Under the pieces are notes generated by a model, which saw only the letters and a program-made list of their open reading frames with translations, searched no databases and was not told the DNA's origin. Shown here piece after piece: positions 1-9,853 of a stretch of DNA of 64,000 nucleotides. Numbering within the stretch: the first letter of the stretch is position 1; each line of letters opens with the position of its first letter. The position numbers and the translations under genes are program-made. Source of the DNA: Oligoflexia bacterium (lineage in GTDB: Bacteria; Bdellovibrionota_G; JALEGL01). The stretch lies in assembly GCA_035326705.1 (NCBI GenBank), contig DAOLES010000001.1, forward strand, positions 116,762 to 180,761, given 5' to 3'.

Positions 1-2
1 TC

Positions 3-1214
3 ATTAATTATCTTTATCGTCAAGATAGCAGTTTTTACTATTTGTCCGGTTTTGACGAGGCAGATGCTTGTATGGCCATTGTAAAAACCAACAATCAACA
101 CAAATTTATTCTTTTTGCTCAAGATAGAGAGCCTAGCAAAGAGTTATGGGATGGTGAACGTTATGGTTTAAAAAGAATTAAGGAAGTTTTTTCAGCTGAT
201 GAAGTTTATCATTTAACCGACTTAGAAAAAGAGTTAGCAAAGGTTTTATCAGAGCATAAAAACGTTTATTACAGCTATGGGCATAATGAAGTATTTGATA
301 AAAAAGTATTTTCCACACTGGATATTGTTCGCAAAATGCGGGGTAGAAGTGGCAAAGGTCTGTTAACATTAAAAGATCCCGTTGAAATATTAGGTGAGTT
401 GAGAATTATTAAAAAAACAGAAGAAATAGAGAAAATCAGACGTGCATGTGATGCTTCTGTCATTGGGCATAACGCTATTTTAAGCCAAGCAAAAGCGGGT
501 ATGACAGAAAGACAAGTGGAAGCAATTTTTGAATACAATGCAAAAATGAATGGCTGTAGTAAAACTGGTTACTCCAGTATTGTTGCAGCAGGTGCAAATG
601 CAACTTGTCTTCACTATGTTAGAAACAGTGATGAATTAAAAGAAGGTGATTTATGTTTGGTTGATGCAGGAGGAGAATATGATTATTATTCTGCTGATAT
701 TACCAGAACTTTTCCTGTCTCTGGTAAGTTTAGCCAAGAGCAAAAAGAAATTTATGAATTGGTTTTAAAGGCACAAAAGGCCACAATTGCAGCACTAAAG
801 CCTGGAGTACTTTATGAAAATAATTATAAGGTTTCTTGTGAGGTTATGACCCAAGGTTTGATAGATCTGGGTATTTTACATGGAAGCTTAGAAGAAAACC
901 TTGAAAAAATGACTGTAAAAAAGTTTTTTCCTCATAATATTGGCCACTGGTTAGGGCTTGATATCCATGATGTGGGCTTGTATTTAGATGAGGATGGTCG
1001 TTCTAGAACTTTACAAGAAGGTATGTTTTTGACGGTAGAGCCAGGTTTGTATTTTAATCCCGAAGACGATTCGTATCCTGAAAAATATAAAGGTATTGGG
1101 GTAAGAATAGAGGATGATATTTTGATTACAGCAGATGGCCATGAAAACTTAACAAGAGGTGTGCCTAAAGAAGTTGAAGAGATTGAAGCTGTTCGACAAC
1201 ATGCATTTAAATAA
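3..1214 (+). CDS. pepP: Xaa-Pro aminopeptidase (PepP, M24B), 5'-partial at window edge
   Basis: Reading frame is open to the window start. N-domain motif FYYLSGF, C-domain HGxSHWLGLDVHD and EPGxY...GIRIEDD match E. coli PepP along its length. Confidence 0.85.
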   Translation: MNYLYRQDSSFYYLSGFDEADACMAIVKTNNQHKFILFAQDREPSKELWDGERYGLKRIKEVFSADEVYHLTDLEKELAKVLSEHKNVYYSYGHNEVFDKKVFSTLDIVRKMRGRSGKGLLTLKDPVEILGELRIIKKTEEIEKIRRACDASVIGHNAILSQAKAGMTERQVEAIFEYNAKMNGCSKTGYSSIVAAGANATCLHYVRNSDELKEGDLCLVDAGGEYDYYSADITRTFPVSGKFSQEQKEIYELVLKAQKATIAALKPGVLYENNYKVSCEVMTQGLIDLGILHGSLEENLEKMTVKKFFPHNIGHWLGLDIHDVGLYLDEDGRSRTLQEGMFLTVEPGLYFNPEDDSYPEKYKGIGVRIEDDILITADGHENLTRGVPKEVEEIEAVRQHAFK

Positions 1215-1227
1215 TGTTTGGTAAATA

Positions 1228-2022
1228 ATGTATAGTAAATATGAATTGTATGAGGCTTCTGTTCAAGATCCTCAAGCGGAAGTCGAGTTTTGGCAGCAGG
1301 CAAGTCAGGAGTTAAGAGGGAAACCTGTGCGTAGTATGCGTGAAGACTTCTGTGCCACTTTTTGGAACGCGGCAACATGGGTCAAACAACATCATGATAA
1401 TACAGCAGTAGCCGTTGATATATCTGAAGATGTACTAGACTACGGTAAAAAAAAACATTTTAATCAACTGTCTTCTTCAGAGCAAAGTCGATTACATGTC
1501 ATTCAAGGTGATGTGATGAAAGTCAATGATCCAAAAGTTGATATGGTAACAGTATCTAACTTTTCTATTTTCTTTTTCAAAGAGCGTCAGAAACTATTGG
1601 CCTATTTAAAAAAAACACTAAGTGTAATCAATGACAATGGCTTTATTTGTGTTGATGTATTAGGTGGAACACAATCTGAAGATGATGACTATGAAGAGCG
1701 AGAGTTTAACATCCCTGGACATAAGGAAGATATAACCTATGTCTGGGAACAAGAAGCTTATAATCCAATTACACGCGAAACCAAGTATTCAATTCATTAC
1801 AAATTTAAAAATAAGAAAAAAATGAAGCGGGCATTTACATATGATTGGCGGATGTGGAGTATTCCTGAGTTAAAAGACTTAATGCTAGAAGCCGGCTTTA
1901 AAGATGTTGTGATTTATTGGGAAGAAGATGATGAAGATGGTGAAGGTAGTGGTGTTTACTCAAGACATGATGACGCAGAAAACTGTGCTTCATGGATTGC
2001 TTATGTGATTGGGTTAAAATAA
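1228..2022 (+). CDS. Class I SAM-dependent methyltransferase-like protein
   Basis: AVDISEDVLDYG and VMKVNDPKVDMV resemble MTase motifs I and post-I. Acidic C-terminus. Weak family call. Confidence 0.4.
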   Translation: MYSKYELYEASVQDPQAEVEFWQQASQELRGKPVRSMREDFCATFWNAATWVKQHHDNTAVAVDISEDVLDYGKKKHFNQLSSSEQSRLHVIQGDVMKVNDPKVDMVTVSNFSIFFFKERQKLLAYLKKTLSVINDNGFICVDVLGGTQSEDDDYEEREFNIPGHKEDITYVWEQEAYNPITRETKYSIHYKFKNKKKMKRAFTYDWRMWSIPELKDLMLEAGFKDVVIYWEEDDEDGEGSGVYSRHDDAENCASWIAYVIGLK

Positions 2023-2096
2023 AATGCTTACACTGAGGACTAACAGTAGAATACAATAGCTTCTTTGTTATTTTGGCGCTGTTATAATAGCTTAGG

Positions 2097-2528
2097 TTAC
2101 TGGCATTTAAATTCCATTGTGACCTGGTAGTTTTCACCTAAAATTGTGTCTGTAGCAATACCACTCATCCCAACAATTTCTCCAGCATTCTGACCTGATG
2201 AATTGTCACTTGTTGTAAAAATACCCGCGCCAACAATTTCTGCAGCTTTACTAACTTTTTTTGCTGCCTTATAAGTACTTTCATCCATTTCACCAACATA
2301 CTTTTGTTCTTCAGAAACAATAGCATAACCCTTTCTTTCATTTTTTTTACAAAAGCGCTTTGCTTGTTTTAAAGCATTTTGGGCACCTTGTTGCTTTGTT
2401 TCAGCTTTAACCGAGACTTTATGCAAATTGTTTAAGCCAGGTCTAACATCCTTATAACCTCCACAAGACATAATCATTACTGTTAATAATGTGCAAAAAA
2501 TAGTATGGGTTTGTTTTTTCATTTTCAT
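2097..2528 (-). CDS. Small lipoprotein of unknown function
   Basis: Signal peptide plus lipobox (LTVMIMSCGG). Start taken at the internal MKMKK. K/A-rich mature part. Confidence 0.4.
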   Translation of the reverse strand: MKMKKQTHTIFCTLLTVMIMSCGGYKDVRPGLNNLHKVSVKAETKQQGAQNALKQAKRFCKKNERKGYAIVSEEQKYVGEMDESTYKAAKKVSKAAEIVGAGIFTTSDNSSGQNAGEIVGMSGIATDTILGENYQVTMEFKCQ

Positions 2529-2616
2529 ATTCCTTATCAATCTATTTTATACGGTAAATATAATCAATTAAAATGAACTGAAAATGAACAGAAGCAATTA
2601 TAGTTTAAAATATACT

Positions 2617-3246
2617 TTACATTAAGCCCAACTCTAAACGTGCGGCTTCACTGATCATATCTTTATGCCATGGGGGTTCCCAAGTAAGATCTATCTTTAC
2701 ATCTTTTACTGTTGGAACAGACTTGGCTTTTTGTTCAATTTCTGCGGGTAGAGTTTCAGCAGCAGGACAGTTGGGGGTGGTCAGGGTCATTGTTATGGTT
2801 GCAACATTGTCTTTATCAAGAGTGATATTATAAATTAAACCTAAATCATAAACATTTACTGGAATTTCAGGGTCATAAACAGTTTTTAATTCTTCAATAA
2901 TCATTTGTTCTAGCTCTGTATTATTAGAAGGTAATTTAGGTTTATTAGGGTTTTCTATAGCAAAACCTTCCATGTTATCTTGACGTTTCCAATCTACTTT
3001 TGCGCCATATAAGTTTTGGGCACTTTTTGCATCAATATGAGTAGTAAAATGTTCTAACTGAATCACAACATCATCAGGTTTTTTTTGATGTACTTCTTCT
3101 AAAGAAAAATAATATTTATATTTATCAATTAACGTTTCAGTAATTTGTATTCTAAGAACCATATGGTCTTTATTAGAAGCTTCAATAAAAGCTAAAACTT
3201 TTTCTTTTGCAAGATCGCTAAATTTTATATTAAGTGAGTTATTCAT
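2617..3246 (-). CDS. sufT: Fe-S assembly protein with C-terminal DUF59/SufT (MIP18) domain and a ~100-aa N-terminal extension
   Basis: C-terminal YDPEIPVNVYDLGLIY...TMTLTTPNCPAAE is the classic DUF59 signature. Start overlaps the sufS stop by 1 nt (operon). Confidence 0.65.
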   Translation of the reverse strand: MNNSLNIKFSDLAKEKVLAFIEASNKDHMVLRIQITETLIDKYKYYFSLEEVHQKKPDDVVIQLEHFTTHIDAKSAQNLYGAKVDWKRQDNMEGFAIENPNKPKLPSNNTELEQMIIEELKTVYDPEIPVNVYDLGLIYNITLDKDNVATITMTLTTPNCPAAETLPAEIEQKAKSVPTVKDVKIDLTWEPPWHKDMISEAARLELGLM

Positions 3247-4499
3247 TATTTTCCTAACATTTTAATAGCTTTTCTAAGCGCGGTTATAAAATAATCAACT
3301 TCATTAAGTGTGTTGTACATTGCAAAGGAAGCCCTACAAGACGAGTTGATTTTAAAATGATCCATAATAGGTTGAGCACAATGATGGCCTGAACGAACAG
3401 CTATACCCATTTGGTCTAGAATCATTGCAATATCGTTAGAATGAATATTTTCATGATAAAAAGAAAGTATGGCTGATTTATTTTGTGTATGACCTAATAT
3501 TTTAATTCCAGGAATAGTTTTTATTAACTCTTGAGCTGATTCTAGTAAACGATGTTCGTGAAGTTCAAGTTCATCAATATTGAATTGATTAAAGTAGTCA
3601 AGACTTGCTCCAAATGCAACCGCACCCATAATATTTGGTGTCCCAGCTTCAAAACGTGCTGGAGCAAGCTTATAGGTAGATTTAAGTGTGGTAACTTGAT
3701 CAATCATTTCACCTCCACCATGAAACGGAGGTAAAGAGTTAAGAAGGTTCTCTTTACCATAAAGGGCACCAAAACCTGTTGGGCCGTAAAGTTTATGAGC
3801 AGAAAACATCAAAAAATCACAGTTTATGTCTTGGACGTCTATTTTTTTATGAGCAACACTTTGAGCAGCATCAAGAATAGTTAAAGCATTATGTTCATGA
3901 GCTAGGTCAATAATGTTTTTTATTGGGTTAATTGTTCCTAAGGCATTTGATATATGTGAGAAAGCCACAAGTTTAGTTTTAGAATTAAGAAGAGATTTAT
4001 AAGATTCTAAATTTAATTCTCCCATATCATTGATTGGGATTACTTTTATTTGAGCTCCAGTTGATTGAGCAAGCATTTGCCAGGGAACAATATTAGAATG
4101 GTGTTCCATTTCAGTGATGATAATTTCATCATTAGGATTTATTGTTGATTGCAAAACATGGGCAAGCAAATTACTGGCTTCAGTTACACCACGTAAAAAA
4201 ATAATTTCATTTTCAGATTGAGCTCCCAGCAATGTTTGAATTTTTTTGCGAGTATCTTCTAATAATAATGTGGAACGTTGGCTTAAAGTATGAATGCCAC
4301 GATGAACATTTGCATAGTCATGCTTTAAAAAGTTACACAATTGATCAATCATTTGGTTTGGTTTTTGTGTAGATGCTGCGTTATCAAAATATACCAAAGG
4401 TTTAGAGTTGATTGTTTGATTTAAGATTGGAAAATCTTTTCTAACGCTATCAATATCAAACTTTTTCTTATTAGTAATATCTTTTTGTTGCATATACAT
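3246..4499 (-). CDS. sufS: Cysteine desulfurase SufS (class V aminotransferase)
   Basis: PLP-lysine region SFSAHKLYGPTG and persulfide-cysteine region RSGHHCAQP. Located in the suf operon. Confidence 0.9.
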   Translation of the reverse strand: MYMQQKDITNKKKFDIDSVRKDFPILNQTINSKPLVYFDNAASTQKPNQMIDQLCNFLKHDYANVHRGIHTLSQRSTLLLEDTRKKIQTLLGAQSENEIIFLRGVTEASNLLAHVLQSTINPNDEIIITEMEHHSNIVPWQMLAQSTGAQIKVIPINDMGELNLESYKSLLNSKTKLVAFSHISNALGTINPIKNIIDLAHEHNALTILDAAQSVAHKKIDVQDINCDFLMFSAHKLYGPTGFGALYGKENLLNSLPPFHGGGEMIDQVTTLKSTYKLAPARFEAGTPNIMGAVAFGASLDYFNQFNIDELELHEHRLLESAQELIKTIPGIKILGHTQNKSAILSFYHENIHSNDIAMILDQMGIAVRSGHHCAQPIMDHFKINSSCRASFAMYNTLNEVDYFITALRKAIKMLGK

Positions 4500-4508
4500 G
4501 GTATCTTA

Positions 4509-5738
4509 TTAAAAAAGTTTTTTTAGAAATGAGTCATTAATATAATCTTTAACAAAATTGACTTCACACAGCTCTGTAATTTCATTAGCATAGGCTTTGA
4601 CAAGTGCAAGCTTTGCTTCATGTTCAGAAAATCCTCTTGATCTTAAGTAAAACAGTTCATCAGGGTTTAATTCACCCACAGTCGATCCATGCGCACATTT
4701 AACATCATCAGCAAATATCTCAAGTTGTGGAACAGAGTATGCACTTGCATCATCAGAAAGCATTAAATTTCGGTTCATTTGTTTTGATTCAATTTTCTGA
4801 GCATTCTTTTCTACATATATTTTCCCAGCAAAAGCTGCTTCAGCATGGTCATTTAATATACCTTTAAATAGTTCTTGGCTAAAAGTATTAGCATGACCAT
4901 GGTAAATGTTTGTGTAGTGGTCATGAAATTGTTTATCTTTGGCAATATAAAGACCTGACAAGTTACTCTGGGCATTATCTTGTAGCAGTTGAATGGAAGC
5001 ATCAAGCCGTGAGCGGTAGGCACCAAGTGAGAAATGAATGATTTTAGTTGAACTATTTTTTTCTTGAAAAACATCAATGCTGCTTTGGTGTATGGCATTG
5101 TTGGCATCATCTTGTACACGAATTAATGTTAAGTGCGCATTTTCTTTACAATGAATGCTTAAGGTTTGGTTTTGAAAGTAACTCAAGGAATTTTGTTCGC
5201 TACTAAAAAACTCTACCAGAGTAATAGAGCTGCCTGCATTTAACGTGATTTGATTGTTATTGTTAATGGCATAGCCTTCAGCATTTTTATCAACCCTATG
5301 TTGAATGACTAAAGGAGAATCACTTGTTTTGTTTTGCGGAACATCAATGCTGTAACCGTGTTTTGAAAATGCGTGATTTAAATGATGCAATGAATTCCAA
5401 TTATCAGTTGTTTGATTACTGTTTTTTAAAACAACAGTTTGTTCAGTTAATGAAGGTTGAACAGTATAGTTTTCATCGTTTATTATGGTTAAAGGCTTAA
5501 GGTAACCATTGTATAGCTGTACATGGATTGGGTGCATTTTGTTTTGTGATATTACAGTTTTAGCGTCACTTATTTTATCTAAATAATTAAACTGCTCATA
5601 CTCATTTTGGGATAGTTTATTGTATTTAAATGCCTCAACTTTTTTATTAGGAAAACCGCTTGCAACAAACTTTGACCATGCTTTTTCTTGTACAAGATCT
5701 GAAGGAGTATTTTTTTTATATTGATCAACAATGTTCAC
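4509..5738 (-). CDS. sufD: Fe-S cluster assembly protein SufD
   Basis: Position between sufC and sufS. SufB/D family C-terminal region (KCAHGSTVGELNPDELFYLRSRG). Confidence 0.8.
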   Translation of the reverse strand: MNIVDQYKKNTPSDLVQEKAWSKFVASGFPNKKVEAFKYNKLSQNEYEQFNYLDKISDAKTVISQNKMHPIHVQLYNGYLKPLTIINDENYTVQPSLTEQTVVLKNSNQTTDNWNSLHHLNHAFSKHGYSIDVPQNKTSDSPLVIQHRVDKNAEGYAINNNNQITLNAGSSITLVEFFSSEQNSLSYFQNQTLSIHCKENAHLTLIRVQDDANNAIHQSSIDVFQEKNSSTKIIHFSLGAYRSRLDASIQLLQDNAQSNLSGLYIAKDKQFHDHYTNIYHGHANTFSQELFKGILNDHAEAAFAGKIYVEKNAQKIESKQMNRNLMLSDDASAYSVPQLEIFADDVKCAHGSTVGELNPDELFYLRSRGFSEHEAKLALVKAYANEITELCEVNFVKDYINDSFLKKLF

Positions 5739-5739
5739 T

Positions 5740-6510
5740 TTAAACTCCAGGAAGAGAAACAGTATTTGAATGGTTTGTTAACCAAGCATAGCCTTTTTCT
5801 TCTAATTCTAAAGCTAGAGACTTATCACCTGTTTTGATGATTTTACCATTGGCTAGAACATGAACAACGTCAGGAACAATATAATCCAATAAACGTTGGT
5901 AGTGGGTAATGATCAGCATGCTTCTATCTTTAGATTTTAAACTGTTAACTCCTTGAGCTACAACTTTTAAGGCATCAATATCAAGGCCTGAATCAGTTTC
6001 GTCTAAAACGGCAAAATCTGGTTCAAGCAGGGCCATCTGTAAAATCTCATTGCGTTTTTTTTCACCACCAGAAAAGCCATCATTAACAGAACGGTTTAGC
6101 AAGTCTTTAGGGAGGTCAAGTAGCTCTGTTTTGGTTTTTAAAACTTTTAAAAAATCAGCAGCATTAAGCTCTTCTTTTCCTTGCGCTTTAAGTTTTGCAT
6201 TAAGACATGTTCTCAAAAAAACAGTGTTTTTAATACCGGCTATAGCAACAGGATATTGAAACGCTAAAAATATACCCATCCAAGCGCGTTCTTCAGGCGC
6301 AAGGTCATTGATGTTTTGGCCCTTGTACTCAATGCTACCTTGGCTTATTTCATAGCCTTCTTTTCCTGCTAAAACATAAGAGAGTGTACTTTTGCCAGAA
6401 CCGTTTGGACCCATGATAGCATGAATTTCACCCGGTTTTATTTCAAGGTTAATTCCTTTTAAAATTTCTTTGCCATCAACATTAACGTGTAAGTTATTTA
6501 TTTTAATCAT
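5740..6510 (-). CDS. sufC: Fe-S cluster assembly ATPase SufC
   Basis: Walker A GPNGSGKST, ABC signature FSGGEKKR, Walker B AVLDETDSGLD. 256 aa. Confidence 0.95.
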   Translation of the reverse strand: MIKINNLHVNVDGKEILKGINLEIKPGEIHAIMGPNGSGKSTLSYVLAGKEGYEISQGSIEYKGQNINDLAPEERAWMGIFLAFQYPVAIAGIKNTVFLRTCLNAKLKAQGKEELNAADFLKVLKTKTELLDLPKDLLNRSVNDGFSGGEKKRNEILQMALLEPDFAVLDETDSGLDIDALKVVAQGVNSLKSKDRSMLIITHYQRLLDYIVPDVVHVLANGKIIKTGDKSLALELEEKGYAWLTNHSNTVSLPGV

Positions 6511-6537
6511 TACTTAATTCCCTTTAAAAATAATTTT

Positions 6538-8001
6538 TTATCCAACGCTTCCTTCTAAACTAACCTCTAGAAGTTTTTTTGCTTCCACAGCAAACTCCAT
6601 AGGAAGCTCTTTAAATACAGACTCACAAAAACCATGCACAATCATTTTTACAGCTTGCTCTGCGTCTAAACCTCTTTGCTGACAGTAAAACAGTTGATCC
6701 TCACCAATTTTAGCTGTTGTCGCTTCATGCTCTACTTGCGTGCTAGAATTTTTTATCTCTAAGTAAGGAAAAGTATGTGCACCGCATTGATCTCCCAATA
6801 ATAAAGAATCACATTGTGAATAGTTTCTAGCATTTTTGGCATTTTTCATAACTTTTACTAAACCTCTGTAAGAGTTATGACTTTTACCAGCAGATATACC
6901 CTTAGAGATAATCGTACTTTTACTGTTTTCTCCAAGATGAATCATTTTTGTGCCAGTATCGGCTTGTTGGTAATTGTTGGTTACCGCTACGGAATAAAAT
7001 TCACCCACGGAGTTTTTGCCTTTTAATATACAGCTAGGGTATTTCCAGGTTATAGCAGAGCCGGTTTCCACTTGAGTCCATGAAATCTTTGATGACTCGC
7101 CAGCACAAATCCCTCGTTTGGTCACAAAATTATAAATACCACCTTTACCGTGTTTATCTCCAGGATACCAATTTTGCACAGTAGAGTATTTTATTTCAGA
7201 TCTTTCTTTAGCTACAAGTTCAACAACAGCGGCGTGCAATTGGTTTTCATCTCGCATTGGGGCAGTACAGCCTTCAAGATAGCTAACATAAGAGTCATCA
7301 TCTGCAATAATTAAGGTTCTTTCAAACTGACCCGTATTCATAGCATTGATTCTAAAATAAGTAGAAAGTTCCATGGGGCAGCGGACACCTTTTGGGATGT
7401 AAACAAATGAACCATCAGAAAAAACAGCTGAGTTTAAAGCAGCATAAAAATTATCTGTGTATGGAACAACCGTACCTAAATATTGTTTTATGAGTTGTGG
7501 ATGGTCTTGTGCGGCTTCGGAAAATGAACTGAAAATAATTCCTTTTTCCGCCAACTCTTTTTTGTATGTTGTAGCCACAGAGACACTGTCAAAAACTGCA
7601 TCGATGGCAACATTGGCATTGGCTACGCCAGCTAAAGCTGCGCGTTCATGCAAAGGAATACCAAGCTTCTCATACATTTCTAAAAGTTCTGGATCAACTT
7701 CATCTAAACTTTGTGGTTTTTGATCATTGGATTTAGGAGCGGAGTAGTAGACAATATCTTGATAGTTGATTTTTGGAATTTTTAAATTTTGCCAGGACGG
7801 AACGGTTAAAGTTTTCCAATGTTCAAAGGCTTTAAGTCTCCAATCCAATAAAAATTGAGGTTCTTTTTTTATGGCTGAAAGTTTTACAATGGTCTCTTCA
7901 TCCAACCCTGGAGCAAAAGAGTGAGCTGCGATATCGGATGAAAAACCGTACTTATACTGTGATTGTGTTAATGTTTCTATATGAGCATTGTCTTTAGACA
8001 T
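6538..8001 (-). CDS. sufB: Fe-S cluster assembly scaffold SufB
   Basis: 487 aa with strong SufB similarity throughout (…[18 protein letters not shown]…[11 protein letters not shown]). Confidence 0.95.
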   Translation of the reverse strand: MSKDNAHIETLTQSQYKYGFSSDIAAHSFAPGLDEETIVKLSAIKKEPQFLLDWRLKAFEHWKTLTVPSWQNLKIPKINYQDIVYYSAPKSNDQKPQSLDEVDPELLEMYEKLGIPLHERAALAGVANANVAIDAVFDSVSVATTYKKELAEKGIIFSSFSEAAQDHPQLIKQYLGTVVPYTDNFYAALNSAVFSDGSFVYIPKGVRCPMELSTYFRINAMNTGQFERTLIIADDDSYVSYLEGCTAPMRDENQLHAAVVELVAKERSEIKYSTVQNWYPGDKHGKGGIYNFVTKRGICAGESSKISWTQVETGSAITWKYPSCILKGKNSVGEFYSVAVTNNYQQADTGTKMIHLGENSKSTIISKGISAGKSHNSYRGLVKVMKNAKNARNYSQCDSLLLGDQCGAHTFPYLEIKNSSTQVEHEATTAKIGEDQLFYCQQRGLDAEQAVKMIVHGFCESVFKELPMEFAVEAKKLLEVSLEGSVG

Positions 8002-8019
8002 TGATTTATTCCTTTTAAT

Positions 8020-8499
8020 TTATTGACTCATAGGAAGCTTAGATAAGCTCATAGAGCTTTCTACATCATGAGAGTTTTGAGGGAGGATTAAAGATTTTTT
8101 TAATAAGTCGTATAACATTAGTTTTGCTAAAGTTTGTTTAACGCTTTGATTAATTACTTTCCAATGGGGTTTAATAAAACACTCAGTATGAATATTACAA
8201 GAAGATGCGTCGTCTGTAGAACACTCTGTTAAGGTAACAGGGTTATCCAAAGCTTCTAAAATTTCAATTAAAGAAATGTCTTTTGCGTTTTTTAACAAAC
8301 AATAACCACCTTTATTGCCTTGAGTAGAGATTACTAGCTTGTGTTGACTTAAAATTTTTAATATTTTAGCAGTCATAGGGCTAGAAATATTGGTTGCAGA
8401 TGCAATTTTACTTGCGGATAATGCACCATGCGTCTGGTTTTTTGCAAGATAGGCCATGATTACCATGCCATAGTCAGCTTGTTTACTTAGTTGAATCAT
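8020..8499 (-). CDS. Rrf2-family transcriptional regulator (IscR/SufR-like), probable repressor of the downstream suf operon
   Basis: MIQLSKQADYGMVIM aligns with the Rrf2 N-terminus (IscR MRLTSKGRYA). wHTH plus Cys cluster (ECSTDDASSCNIHTEC). The ORF track's TTG at 8511 adds 4 residues. ATG at 8499 preferred. Confidence 0.75.
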   Translation of the reverse strand: MIQLSKQADYGMVIMAYLAKNQTHGALSASKIASATNISSPMTAKILKILSQHKLVISTQGNKGGYCLLKNAKDISLIEILEALDNPVTLTECSTDDASSCNIHTECFIKPHWKVINQSVKQTLAKLMLYDLLKKSLILPQNSHDVESSMSLSKLPMSQ

Positions 8500-8503
8500 A
8501 ATC

Positions 8504-8520
8504 AGTACCAAACTGGTACT
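8504..8520. promoter_or_regulatory. Perfect 7-3-7 inverted repeat AGTACCA-AAC-TGGTACT at the translation start of the Rrf2 gene, downstream of a TTGACA -35-like box
   Basis: Palindrome read directly from the sequence. Rrf2 regulators typically autoregulate through palindromes overlapping their own promoter. Confidence 0.4.
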
Positions 8521-8603
8521 ATTAATGTGCTTTTATGTCAAGGAGCAAGCCATAAAAACAGGTGTAAGTCCGTGTAAATATTAAATAATATTGATAATTA
8601 GAA

Positions 8604-9782
8604 TCAATTACGCTTAAAATTTAATGACCGAAGCCACTCTTGAAATTTTAGAAGATTGGGGAGCAAATGGTTGTCTTTAAATGTAACTAGGGTTTCGTAT
8701 TGAAAAAACCACATATAAGCTAAGGCAGAGCCTATACACAAGAAAGCTACAAACAGCAGGGTGAAAAATGATTTTTTTGGACTATCATAGTTGATGATTT
8801 TGGTTTTATAGAGATGCAGCGACTTTTCTGGTGATGAAAGCTCTTTAATAAGTTCATTGGGAAATAGTTTTTTAACTTCTTTGACATGACCTTCTTTGAG
8901 TAGATAGTTCTGTAAATGAATTTTTGCATTAGAGATGTTGTTTTTTTTAAAATATCGTTCGCACCAATTTCTGATTTTTTTAGCTGAATCAGGTCTTTGG
9001 TTAGGATCTTTTTTCATGCATTGATGAATAAGATTGCGTTGAGACCAGGAAAATCTTCGTGAAAGTTTTAAATGCTGGCCCTGAGCAACTTCTTTAAGAA
9101 GTTTCTCTAAAGTACCTGATTTAAAAGGTTTAAATCCTTCTAGAAGTTCAAACCAGACAACACCCAGTGAATAAATATCAACTCTTGCATCTATATTTTC
9201 TTTACCTAAAGCTTGTTCAGGAGACATGTAAGCAGGAGTACCCATTATACTTCCTGGTATGGTGAATGACTCTAGTTCAGCACAAAATGAAACACCAAAA
9301 TCCATCAGCTTGATATTTCCATCACTGCGAACAAAAATATTGGCAGGTTTTATGTCTCTATGAATGATATTGTAGTTATGAAGATATTCCAAGGCACATG
9401 AAATTTGGTAAACTATACAAACACTAATATCTAAAGGGATACGGACTGATTTATCCATGAGTTCTCTTAAGTCTAGACCATGACAATATTCAAGCACAAT
9501 GTATTGAGCTTTTTTTGTCTTTATATAATCATAAAGATGAACCAAATTTTCATGACTTAGGTGCGCCCAAATGGCGGCTTCACGATTGAAGCGAGCACTG
9601 AGGTCAACATTTTCACCATAGCTTTCTGGTGAAAAACGTTTAATAGCAACCTCTCTATTTAGAGAAATCTGATTGGCAAGGTAAACTGTTGCTGTAGATC
9701 CGCTGCCTAAAACTTTTTTTATTTGATAATCTGGAAGATCTTTTTGAAGGAGACTCTCAGGTTTTTGGTGCGTAGATGACAT
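8604..9782 (-). CDS. Hanks-type (eukaryotic-like) Ser/Thr protein kinase with C-terminal TM anchor
   Basis: GSGSTATVY...AIK (subdomains I-II), HRDIKPANI (VIb), DFGVS (VII), GTPAYMSPE (VIII). Hydrophobic helix near the C-terminus. Confidence 0.85.
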   Translation of the reverse strand: MSSTHQKPESLLQKDLPDYQIKKVLGSGSTATVYLANQISLNREVAIKRFSPESYGENVDLSARFNREAAIWAHLSHENLVHLYDYIKTKKAQYIVLEYCHGLDLRELMDKSVRIPLDISVCIVYQISCALEYLHNYNIIHRDIKPANIFVRSDGNIKLMDFGVSFCAELESFTIPGSIMGTPAYMSPEQALGKENIDARVDIYSLGVVWFELLEGFKPFKSGTLEKLLKEVAQGQHLKLSRRFSWSQRNLIHQCMKKDPNQRPDSAKKIRNWCERYFKKNNISNAKIHLQNYLLKEGHVKEVKKLFPNELIKELSSPEKSLHLYKTKIINYDSPKKSFFTLLFVAFLCIGSALAYMWFFQYETLVTFKDNHLLPNLLKFQEWLRSLNFKRN

Positions 9783-9853
9783 GAATTAATTTTCATTCTA
9801 ACAGCACAACACAAAAATGAAAATAAATGAAAAGTTTTAACTGTCGATTTTTA

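Noticed and set aside
178-1378. Antisense ORFs 178-369, 275-538 and 932-1378 (-) inside pepP
   Set aside because: Entirely embedded opposite a well-supported conserved gene (pepP). Low-complexity translations. Typical shadow ORFs in AT-rich DNA.
1898-2137. ORF 1898-2137 (-)
   Set aside because: Overlaps the 3' end of the MTase-like gene on the opposite strand. His/Leu-rich low-complexity product. No RBS.
3552-8929. Internal antisense ORFs in sufS (3552-3734), sufD (4853-5119), sufC (6050-6259), sufB (7457-7723) and the kinase gene (8747-8929)
   Set aside because: All lie opposite strongly conserved coding regions. No start-context support.
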